Below, piece after piece: positions 1-12,129 of a stretch of DNA of 64,000 nt (the first letter of the stretch is position 1; every line of letters begins with the position of its first letter). The notes beneath the pieces were generated by a model, which worked only from the letters and a program-made list of their open reading frames with translations, ran no database searches and was not told where the DNA came from. The stretch comes from the human T2T-CHM13v2.0 reference genome, Homo sapiens: the NCBI RefSeq assembly GCF_009914755.1, contig NC_060931.1; one strand, 5' to 3'. Both the position numbers and the translations under genes were made by a program.

Positions 1-330
1 AGAGGTTTTATTCCGACAGTTTCCACAGGGTTGAGTAAATTTCTTTAGACTCCAGGGGTATTTTCCCCTTGGGTTTTCCATCACAATTTATTTATGCTAT
101 GTGGGTAACTAGATCAGTGCTCTCCCAGATGACTCAGTTACAGATGGACAGCGTATAAGTCTTCCAAATTGCTCGTGTGTAGATTGTAGGATAAGTAATA
201 TAAAAGGAACTATGACAACATTTAAGTGTGGCCATGTTGTTTTACGTGGCTCTCTTCTACATGTAAAGTGAATTTAGAAAAAAAAAAAAAACAAACCAGA
301 ATCACGTTAATGGTGGTTCTTTGCTTTCAG

Positions 331-542
331 CTCTTCTCGAAGCCCAAGATGTGGAACTTTACCTGAGACCTCTGAGGAGACACATCCAGTGTCTCCAGGA
401 GACGGAATTCCCACAGACACGCATATTAATCGCTCCATTATTTCATACCATCTGTCTGATCTGGAGTCATTCCAAGTTTTATAACACCCCAGCTCGGGTT
501 ATAGTTTTATTGCAAGAGTTTTGTAATCTCTTCATTAACCAG
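331..542 (+). CDS. DNAH11: DNAH11 exon ~6 (212 nt; ALLEAQDV...LFINQ)
   Basis: ttgctttcag|CTC acceptor; CAG|gtatga donor; overlaps ORF 321..548. Confidence 0.96.
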
Positions 543-1208
543 GTATGAAGCATCAAAAAACAGGAACAATAAGAATTGTTGCTGTGAGGTAGGTTTTACG
601 AGACTAGTGAAGAATAATCTAGTATACAGTAAGAACACCATCTTTCTTTTTCTTTTTTCAGAAAGGACATTTTTGGTAACAAAGGCCAGGTAACCTTTTA
701 ATCCTAAATGGCAGGAAGCTATGAAAATAAGTCAGACATAATCAAAGGACAAGTTGTTGCTTGGTTTTGTTTAACATCTGTACCTTTCTTCAAAAGGCTT
801 TAAGGCAGCTTCCAGCAAAAGACAGACATGTGTAGTACCTTCTTTGTAGCCTTCCCTTCGGTTTTCACAGAAACACTGGCTGATAAAAGCCTTTTGGAAA
901 GTGTGGTAAGTTAAGAGCATCTGGCAAAAAGAAAATCCTAAAAAAGTAGTAGAATTGTATTGAAAAAATTCTGATTCATTGCTGATCTTTTAAAATCTCT
1001 TTTGTAATTGTGTCTCTATTCCTTACTCAACCTGCAAAATGTTAAAAAAAAAAAAATTTAAAAAAAGGACCACCTTCCTCTGTGTCCTCATCCTGTCTGT
1101 GTGAATGTGGATTCTTCCATGTTCACAGTACCAGAGGGTATTACATAATTTGAGAGGTAAAAGATACTTGGATGCTACATAATCCAGTGGTTCTTATTTG
1201 GAACCACT

Positions 1209-1556
1209 TAGTCTTAATCTTCTCAGGCTGCCATAGCAAAGTACTATGGATTGGGTAGGTTAAACATCAGAAATTTATTTTCTCACAGTTCTAGAGGCTG
1301 AAAGTCTCAGATGAGGGTGCCAGCGTGCTCAGATTCTGGTGGGGGCCCTCTTCCTGGCTTGCTGATGGCTGGCTGCCTTCTCACTGTGTCCTCACTTGGC
1401 CATCTTCCTCTTGTAAGACCACAGGTCCTGTCGGATTAAGGCCCCATCTTTACAACCTCATTTAATCACAGTTACCTCCTAAAGACCCTATATCCAGATA
1501 CAGTCACATTGGGAGTTAGGCTTTCAATATTTATCAATTTGAATGGACACAATTCA
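1209..1556 (-). mobile_element. MaLR solo LTR (MLT1-type)
   Basis: ggctgccatagcaaagtac...agaaatttattttctcacagttctagaggctg...gacacaattcag resembles the MLT1 reverse consensus. Confidence 0.75.
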
Positions 1557-1744
1557 GATATTTTTCAAATGAATTAACCAAGACTTGAAAAATGATGTTA
1601 TTTGCTCAATTTCCCTGAGCAGTTAGGAGGAAAGCCAGACCAAAGAACAGGTCTGCAGACTTGCAGCTTAGAATTTTTGGAGTATGAGGTTGCATTGTTA
1701 ATATTTTTCATCTCTCTTCCCTCTCTGATTCTGAAAAGATAGAG

Positions 1745-1955
1745 TGGTGTGTGGGAAAGGCTTTGGACCTAGACCAACCTGGATTGAAATCTAATTTTCT
1801 CACTTAAGGGAAGTTCAATTACTCCTCAGTTCCCACATCTATCAGTGGGGATAATGCCTAGTCCATGGCTATTGCTAGGATTCAAAGATAACCTAAGTGA
1901 AATGCCCAGCGTAGTGCTCGGTGTTTAATCGAGGCTCAGTAAATGTTAGTTGCCT
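1745..1955 (+). mobile_element. MIR SINE
   Basis: ggctttgga...agaccaacctggattgaaatc...cctcagttcccacatctatcagtggggataat...gctcagtaaatgttag; MIR core. Confidence 0.7.
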
Positions 1956-4900
1956 TCTGTTCTTTTGCCCAAACTATTGACTTACAGGCTAGTTGCAGCT
2001 GGTGGTAGCAGATAACAACAGGTCGATTCCTTGCTATATTTTACCATCATCTCCTCTGGTTTTGTTCAATATCTGTTACTCTGTTGGGCAAACTCAGTTT
2101 TGCCCTTTTGTTAAACAGGTTCCCTGGGTCCTAATGGCGCGGGTCTCTATGTAAAACACCACAATCCCTGTTGCAGGGCCAAAAACTACGACCACCACTT
2201 CCCCCAAACCCCTTTTTAGGGACCTATTTCTCATTTTGAGAATAATTGAAACTGTTTCACTGCAAATCCTTGTTAACGTATGAATCACAGAGGAGACCAT
2301 TTGTTGGCATAGGTGACTTATTTTAAGTCCTAGTTACCCGTAAGCCTGTAAACTTCTCATCCCTGGCTTCTAGTCTTTCAACAGCCAGAGTCTGCCAAGC
2401 TCCTGATAAAATAATGTGGCTTCTCTTGTTCCTTAGTTCTGGCTTCTATCCAAAGGTTTCATTGACCCGATTCCTTTGATTCTATGAACGGCAGATTTCA
2501 GACTTTGTGGTAAATATGCCCAACATGTTAGGAGTCAAAAGTTAACAATTAGCCAATGTCCATAGCTGGTTCCCTGAAGCACTAACCACCCTGCCACCAA
2601 TTTTACTACTTTTATATAGTTATTTAACAAATATTATATAGTACTTATTTTGTTCAGGAGCTTTTCCAAGCCCTTTACAAAAATTCAAAAGTTACACCCT
2701 CATAGCAACACTATGACGTAGGTATTATTAGTAGCTTCATTTTATAATGAAAAAAAAAAAACACTGAAGCCTAAGAAGATAAGTAACTCTCCAACCCAGC
2801 AAGTCAGTAATAGAGTTCTCACCCGTTATACCATGCTCCATATTTTAAAATAAGTTTTTTTAATGTCTGAATGTGACCTAATACATGGTATGCTAACGAT
2901 AATTGTAAAATATTCTCATTGCATAATGTTGGAACATTGGAAATGGTTCTGGAGTTTTATCACTCTATTATTAAAGCATTTTTATTTTTCTGTCCTCCTA
3001 AACTTATATATATTTATACATTTTATCATGCATACAATTTTGTACTAACTTCTTGAAAGATTATTTTGTTATTGCTGTATATGTAAGTTGCTTCCAGCCT
3101 CCTTGATTGTAAACAGTATGCAGAAAAAAACTATACAAAGATCCCCTCTTTTGACTGGAATGATTGGCTTACTATAAATTCCTGATGTTGGTCAAAGGGT
3201 ACAATCTTTTCATGGCTCTTGAGCAATATTTAATACTTTCAAATTATTTTCTAAAAGGTTATATCAATTACATTGTTATTATCAATGTGTAAAAGCTTTC
3301 ACTATGACCTGTCAACTTGGAGCATTGCCATCTTTAAAAAAATTTGGGGTCATTTATTGGGTATCTAGTGGTAACATGTTTTTAAATTTGTACCTTGCAT
3401 GATATATGTGTGATTACACATTTTATGTTTTCTATAATTGTATTTCCTCTTGTCACCTACATGTTCTTTGCGTTCATGAATTTATTGATAAAGTTTTTGT
3501 GAAAATTCAAGCCCTTCCTATGTTACATATTAGAGGTCATAAGCTGACATGCTGTCAGCTCATTCGGCCCAAGGATCAATGCAGTGTTTTTATTTTGTAT
3601 AATATTTTTAACTTAAAATTGTTAATACTTAAATTGGATAGATCTCATTTAAATGCCAGCATTTCAGCCTCCACTGAAAACTCAGAGATCTTGCTACAGT
3701 GCTTGCACCATCCCCACAGGCGCAGCCAGTGACTGTAACTTCAAATGCCCCTTAAGGTGGAACAGGTGCTGTGTAGATGACCATGACCTTCACTGTTCAC
3801 TGTCCTTTCTGATCTACTTTACTCAGTTTCATTACATGCTTGACCCTATGACGGGAATGCCAGTCAGAGTCGGAAACTCTTTGTTACTTTAAAAGCAAAT
3901 GTATTTCTTTTCTCTTGTTTTCTAGCAGTGAACATTAACATCATTATCTAGGCCAGACACATAAAAGGCATCACCTGTTCACCTTGCGTGCTAGCACAGG
4001 CTTTGGTAGTGGGGTCTTAATGCCTTGCCTTTCTTCTCTGGTAACCTGACACTACTCCATGGTCCTTGTGTGTCATTACCACTCTAGACACTACGTTGTC
4101 TATTCCATGGCTTGGTGTATCTATTGTAGATATTGTCACCTACAAGATCCTAGGTGAGGAAGAGTTAAAGTCTGAGTAGTCGAGTGTGGAGTGGAGCTGT
4201 CAGGACTGAGCTAAAATAACAGTCCATAAAAACACATGCAAAAGAATAGAGAAGCAGCAGCAGGGAGACGAGCCTCAAACTAACAATATCATTGGTAAAT
4301 TGGTTAATTGATCATTAGCTTATTGATAAATAAGTTGGTAAGCAGTGTTTTAGTTTATAAGACCTCTGAAGTGGGACTAGTTCATCCTAAATCTAGTGGC
4401 TTTTAGCTTGTTTGTGCTGGTACCATTGAGTGTGCGATGATAGAGCTGGTGTGGTTAGGCGTGCTCCAGACTGGGTACTGTGAGAGGTAGAAAAGAATTT
4501 AGAGTTTATGAGCTAAAAGGGATTTTGAAGTTCACCTAATTCATTTCCCTCATTTTGCAGCTAAGGAAATAGATCCTCTGAGACAACTTAGCTAGTATCA
4601 CAAAAGTAGTTTGTGGCCCCTAGTAGGGTCACAGCCAGCCCCTGCGTCGGGTCATGCTTTTTCCTTCACACGTTCTGCCTCCCCGTGCAAGGAGACAGAC
4701 TGAGTGTTTTCATTTAGGACATTAAGTGCCATCTTAGGAGGCCTTACTCAACAGTGGGCTGTATGAACAGGAGGTTCTTTGTCTATGATTGTCTCATCTA
4801 TGCGAGGGGCCAGCCAGGAAGCACAGGAATAAACATTAAGCATGACTTGTCCTAGGGATGTTACTTTACATACAAGTAATTAGGTAACAGGGGGCTGCTG

Positions 4901-6212
4901 AAGCAGAAAGGGCCACTCGAGCAAAAGATGGAGTCGTTTGCCATAGATTTTTCAGCATCCTAAAAAGACACATTTACTATAAAGAATACATAGAGATAAA
5001 GGTATATGGAATACACCATATGCCACATCAAAGTGTCAACTCTTTTAAAATTCACATTGCTGAGGGATTCCTGGTGGTTCTCTTCACTGCCCTGAATGAC
5101 TTGCTGTTATAGCACCCTCATGTGGAGGTTAATTTTCTATCTAACCTGACAGGGAAATAAAAGCATAGATTGGGAAGGAGTCTAATCAGTAGGGGTTTTA
5201 GACACTAAATGAATGATTTCCTTATTGCCTTACAAATTCATGGCACAGAGCCTATATTGCATGTAAAACTGTTTTCATTAATGGGAAATGAAAGGTCATA
5301 TGCCTACATTTAGGGAAGAAGTGCTTCCCTCTGCTATTTTGAACTCAGGGCTTTCATTACATTATCCATTGACATCTTGAACAACATTCTAAGCGACCAC
5401 AAAATTGAAGGCACACAAATTAAACCTATAATTTATATGAGGTTAAGATGCGTCAGGAAGAGGTAGCATACAAAAGAACCTTCAGAATGCAGAGGTTCTT
5501 GGTCCTTGAAGAGGGGAATTCTGAATGTTTATACCAAATATGAAGAGAGAAGAAGTTGGGAGTGTCGGTTGATCCCATGAGAATTTGACCAGTGCCACGT
5601 GGATCTTCCAGTCTTTTCTTTTATCCTTCTCCTCTCTTCCTTTCTTTTCCTCTATTCAAAACTAGTTCATGTGGCACACGTCAGCCAGTTTGTATGTCCT
5701 ATAATGTTACTTGAGCCCCCAGAAGAGAAGTTTGCTAACTTGAAAGAATTTCCACTGTTACACACTCCTAATCAGCTCTTTCTCTTTACAAGTGGTTCTG
5801 AACTACCAGGTAAAGTGAGCATACTTTAAAAATTCATGTTCTGATAGATTTCCTTGTCTGCCTCGTATATTCTTTAGATGAGAAAACGATTGTTCAGAAT
5901 ATTTGCTGGCAGGCACAGTCATGCAAATTACATGACAGTTGTCATATAATGAGGCTTAGCAACAATTTAGTCATTTGCTAGAATGTAAAAATCCAGAAAT
6001 AGTAGGGTCTCCTGTATGTAATTCTAACTTATACAAGTATGTCATTGAAGTCCAAGTAGCTGAATTTCTAGAACTTGTGCTTTCTTTCTTTCAGCATTGC
6101 TGGCCCAACTTTAGATACTGGCATTTAAAAATGATTCTTTGAAACAGAGACGGTTACAGGGAAAAACTGTTAAACATAGTTTTGATCATTGTTCCCTTTC
6201 ATTAAATCCTAG

Positions 6213-6443
6213 GCAACAGCTTACCTTTCACCTGAGGACCTTTTGAGGGGAGAAATAGAAGAGTCACTGGAAAAGGTGCAGGTGGCTGTTAACATCTTAA
6301 AGACTTTCAAAAACTCCTTTTTCAACTATAGAAAAAAATTGGCAAGCTACTTTATGGGAAGAAAGCTGAGACCATGGGATTTCCAGTCTCATCTGGTGTT
6401 TTGCAGATTTGACAAGTTTCTTGATCGTTTAATAAAAATAGAG
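6213..6443 (+). CDS. DNAH11: DNAH11 exon ~7 (231 nt; [10 protein letters not shown]...LIKIE)
   Basis: aaatcctag|GCA; GAG|gtattc. Confidence 0.96.
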
Positions 6444-7422
6444 GTATTCATTTTTTGATTTTATTTATTCATGTTGAAGGTGGGTGCAAAAAGCCAGTAG
6501 CTTTTCACATGATTCATGGAACAGTTTACTTTATATCATAGGTGGAGGTCTCCTTTCTCAGTGATTCTCATAAGGAGCTCAGCAGGCCAATGCTATGATG
6601 ATACAAGGGCATTTTTTAAATCTTTAATTTGGATTTTTTAAAAGTTCATTTTTGATTCCATTATTACATTGAGTATAAGTAAATCTCTTTATGTATCAGT
6701 GACTCTTAGAATTGACTAATCTGAGAGAGAGTTGTAAGTCAGGAAGCAGTAAGCTCATCCTCTGTAAATAAATCCACTTTTCCTTTTGTATATTTAATGC
6801 TTAAAATTGGTATTTCATACCCTAAAACCCATTGCATAATTTAAATTATCACACTTTTTTAGTATATGAATATATGCTGTACTACAAAAATATTAAAACC
6901 ATTTATAAAAATAAAACATGGAAAAGTATGTGCTCTGTGTAAAAGTTTTCAAATACCTTAAAACCAAAAATTAAACACATACAACCTACACATTCTTACA
7001 TTTATATGGTGTCTATTGGCTTAGTTTAAAAAAAAAAAAAAAAAGTTTAAATTGATGACACTGCCTTATTTTCTTTGTAAAGCTCTAAGAATTTTGGGCA
7101 TTGTCATTGATAAAGGTTTGTTTTATTCCATTCAAAATTAGAGCTTTATGTCTTGAGAATTCTCGTAATCACTTAAATGAGCCTGAATGCCTCTTCTGTC
7201 TCTGAATGTGAAATACCTAATGAAGGGCAGCTTACATATGCCTTCCTTAACAGTTTCCTGGGCTCGCTTTCAATAAAGCAGACTCACTGCCGGGTATGGG
7301 GTGATGAAAACAGGAGTTTTGGATATTACCTGGGGATCTGACTTACGTTTAGGAAGATATAAAATTGGGGGAGTTATGTGTCTAGTTATGGTAAATTAGA
7401 GGTTGCTTCTACTGCGAGATAG

Positions 7423-7722
7423 TTTTTGTTTTCTTTTTTTTAGAGACAGGGTCTCATTCTGTCACCCCGGCTGAAGTGCAGTGGTGTGAACACAGCTCAC
7501 TGCAGCCTTGACCTCCTGGATCAAGTGATCCTCCCGCCTCAGCTTCTCAAGTAGCTGGGACTACAGGTGCACGCCACCATGCCTAGTTAACTTTTTAATG
7601 TTTCATAGAGACAGGATCTTTCCTTGTTGCCCAGGTTGGTTTCAAACTCCTGGGCATAAGCGATCCTCCTGCCTCGGCCTCCCAAAGTGCTGGTATTACA
7701 AGCGTGAGCCCTGTGCCTGGCC
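7423..7722 (-). mobile_element. AluJ
   Basis: Poly-T, then gagacagggtctc...tgcctggcc; J-type ccttgacctcctgg. Confidence 0.9.
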
Positions 7723-7949
7723 AGTGAGAGTTAATTTTTAATAAACATGAAAATGGGAGAGTAATTTTAAAAATTAGCAATGACTTTGTTTAATTAAATA
7801 CTTATTTCTGTCATGAAAATATTTATTTTCTGTCATTTTCTGTCATTGACTCATTGATTTTGAACATTTGAAAATGTTCTTGATTTGAAACTTTAAAATA
7901 TTTTGCTGCTCAATGTAGTGGAAAGGTCTTTACTGTGTTTTTTACAAAG

Positions 7950-8117
7950 GATATATTTGCCACCACTTTGGAATTTGAAAAGCTGGAAAGACTGGAATTT
8001 GGTGGTACCAAAGGAGCAATTTTAAATGGACAAGTCCACGAGATGAGTGAAGAACTTATGGAACTCTGTAAACTTTTTAAACAGAGCACTTATGACCCAT
8101 CTGATTGCACTAACATG
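7950..8117 (+). CDS. DNAH11: DNAH11 exon ~8 (168 nt; DIFATT...DCTNM)
   Basis: ttttacaaag|GAT; ATG|gtaatg. Confidence 0.96.
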
Positions 8118-10680
8118 GTAATGTTGTACCTTTGCATTTTCATTGCATGGGATCCTATAATTTTATAGCTGAAAAGGAAGATAGGTCACAGTGATAATAG
8201 GGACCATCCATTCCAATATCTCTAGGACCAAAAGAGGTTACATGACTTGCCTGAAGTCTTGTAGCTACTTAGTTAGTAGATCAGGGATCAGAACTTAAGC
8301 TTTTGCATTTTCAGTTCAGAATGACGGCTGATAAAACTGCAGACCTCAGTCTGGATTTGTATCTTGTTTGTGTATGCTAAACAGAAACTTTCCACATGAA
8401 TTCATTTTGATCTGATGTCCATGTAACTCGTGCTTTATTTTAGCATTTTCTTGAATCACTGGATGTTTTGTTTTTTGATTCACCTGAACACTTGCTTTCA
8501 CCCCAGTCATTAAGTGTATCATTTACATGTTGGTTGTTTCTTATAATTTTTGTTATTCTTGAGAGCTGATTATAATTTCATATTTCCAACCACAGGAAAG
8601 GGGGAACCTTTCTGATTTAAGCTGCTTCTGTGCTCTGTCAGTTCCAGCATGTTAGTAGCCAGGGAGCTACCTGTGAGCATCCCTGCAGTTCTAGGATAAA
8701 AATAGCTTCATTTTAGTAGTTTGCCAAGAACAGCGAAGCCCAAGTCCAAAAGAATGAAGATTTAGCTCTTGTTCTTATTATTGTATATGTAATGTGAGTT
8801 TATTCACTATTGTTTATATTTGGCCAAACAATTGATTCTTTGAAGTGTACGAGTGCAGTATGTTAGCTTTATAAGGATGTAGTTAGCAAACTTAAGCCCT
8901 CTGAATTATAGTCAGTTTTGGAAAGTGGAGTTAATGGTAGAAGGACACTGCTGTAATAGGTGACTTTTTGCTAAACCAGGGCACTACACTTTGTGAAAAA
9001 GTATGAGGAACCTAGGATCATGGTGATGAATAATTTGAGTGAGCTCATCCCCAAAGCCTTGTAAGATGCCTGGCACTTGGAAGGCATTCAATAAATACGT
9101 ACAGAATGGGATTCTTAAGAGAGCCTCTAGGTTAGCGCCGCTGAAGGAGCTAGTGGAGGAGGAGTGTGAGACTGAGCCTGCACAAGATCCTTGGGGACAT
9201 TTGGATTGCAAGAGAGTCTTGATTTTGTTATAATTACAAAAACTGGCAAGTTTTCAGAGTGCCAGAATTAGAGAATGTGGCCAGGTTTAATTGACGTCAC
9301 TACCTTGGCCATGCCAAAGGTCCTGATTTTACTCCTGTCTCTGCCTAAAGCCTGCATAGTCACAAACATGTAGGAATAGAAAATTCATTTACTCTTGAGG
9401 TATATATCTGCTTGGTATTTGTATTTTGGAAGCCTATTCTATTTTGCAGATAAGGTGGGCAGGGTTTACCTCTGATCTTCGGTCTGGTTGGAGACATCAT
9501 AACCTTCCCCTGAAGTTCCCTTCATCCTCCTGTCTGATTCTTGCCTTAGAATCTAGAAGCTCCTTGACTTTGGTCATTCCCTAAAATTAAAACATGAATT
9601 AACTAAAAGTTAACTTAATCAGCATACTTATGTTGAAAATGACCATTACTTTTTTAAAAAAATGTGTTTTGCCTATCATTATTACTTTAAAATATTGCAT
9701 TTATCATATATTTTTGCTTAATAAGCTGTTCATTTTGGTGCTTTTTAGCTGAGTTCCTTGTACTTTGACTTCATGATGAAATCAGTTGGTAGTTTTTGAG
9801 ACATTATTTTAACAAATGACTTCCAACCTAGTGTATGCATATATTTGCATGTACATATGAATACATGCCCAACCTCTGCCCTTCCCCTCCCATTGCATTC
9901 ACCCCCATGTTCCTGCTCCTGCCCCATCCCCTCTGACTACAAACTAGTGCTTATATAACAGGGAAGTGTGTCAGGGTCAGCCATTCTGCCCTTTGGTATA
10001 TACATGGTTTAAATATGTTCCAGTAAATTAAAGAAATGATCACTGGTAATTTGCTTTTTGAAATGCTGTTGTTTATTTCTCTTCTCATCAATCTCATGCC
10101 TACTAATCAGGCTTTGAGCCTTTATTGGCGTACCGAAAGGTTTGCTGCCGTGGTCCATTTACAGAATGTGGGGATTTTATCAGGTGTGCCCATAAAAATG
10201 GTTTTGGGTTTCTCAATTATTGAATGTTACTTTAGGTGTTTTCTTTGACATCTTCTTAGGGGACTGTTTGAAATCTAGACAGTTATGGGAAGAGACTTGC
10301 TTTCTTCATTATTAATGTTGAACAGTTAGTCCAGCAATATTAGACTCAGTAATTTTGCTGTCTTTCTGTGGTGTTTCTTGATGAAATCCCTCAGATACCT
10401 AAGCAAAGATGGTAGCTATTCTTGTTGAGGGTAACCCCTTGGCTCCACTTAGTCTCTGTTAATGAGAGCCAGTTAATATTTATGGACGAAGTACTGGATG
10501 CCAGGCGTTGTGCCAGAGATTTCCCACATTATATACCTGCTTAATTTTCACTATAACCCAGAGAGTGGTCCCGCAGGCAAATGACAGTTTCACTAAATTA
10601 CCTGAGATTATAGTTTCCAGTTGGTGGAATGGAAGTTTGAATCCAGAACTCTCAACCACAAGCCCTGCATACTTTTGTTT

Positions 10681-11011
10681 TCCCTCCCTCCCTCCCTCCC
10701 TTCCTTCCTTTTTTTTTTTTTTTTTAAGACAGAGTCTCACTCTGTCGCCCAGGCTGGAGTGCAATGGTGCGATCTTAGCTCACTGCAACCTCTGCCTCCT
10801 GGCTTCAAGTGATTCTTCTGCCTCAGCCTCCTGAGTAGCTGGGATTACAGGGGCACACCACCACGCCCAGGTAATTTTTTTGTACTTTTAGTAGAGATGG
10901 GGTTTCGCCATGTTGGCCGGGTTGGTCTCAAACTCCCGACCTCAGATGATCCACCCTCCTTGGCCTCCCAAAGTGCTGAGGAGATTACAGGCGTGAGCCA
11001 CTGCACTGGGC
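10681..11011 (-). mobile_element. AluS (left member of a tandem pair) with CCCT/T tail
   Basis: Alu reverse consensus from 10727 to cactgcactgggc. Confidence 0.9.
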
Positions 11012-11384
<373 letters not shown>

Positions 11385-12129
11385 TGAAAGGAATAAGTTC
11401 ATCTGTGGGAACTCACCTGAGGACCTATGGCCTGAGATGGAGTGATCCAGGTTGCTGTGTCTGCTTTTCTGCTGATTTTCAGTGGGAAGCTTTATTCAGG
11501 TGCCTTGTTCACCATGATATCAGAATCTAAAATACATTTTAAAAGTAGTTATTTAGTTCATCTGTACTAGGTTGTATTCTAATTCCTAGAACGAGTCTAT
11601 TGTTCTGCTGTCACTCACTGAACTATTCTTTTGCTATTTATGTAGTGTTTTCTCATTTTAATTAAACAGATTTCATCTTTATTAGTCATACACAGCATTT
11701 TCATGTTTTGCCTGCCTATTATTCAAGATTAAATGAGTTATTTAGCAACCTTCCTTAGTAATTCTTTTGGAAAGGTAACATCTGTAAAAACTTAGTCCCT
11801 TTCTTCTCACCCTATGGCCTTTTCCCTAGTCTTCCATTTTTCCTCCCCAAAGGCATCTCTATTAAAAATTTCTTATATGATGTTCCAGAGATATTTGGTG
11901 CATGCACTGGCATATACATATATTTATTCCTTTGTTTTCTGCTTTTGCATTAATAGCATTTATACCTTGCTTTTATCCCTTACTATATTTTGGCAGTCAT
12001 TCTGTGTCACTACAATAGCATTGCTCATCTTAAAACAACTGCGCATTCCATCAGATTTATATACTAAAGTTTATCTTATTTATTTTAAAATGTCATTTAG
12101 TAGATATCATTGTTTAAAATTTTAATGAG

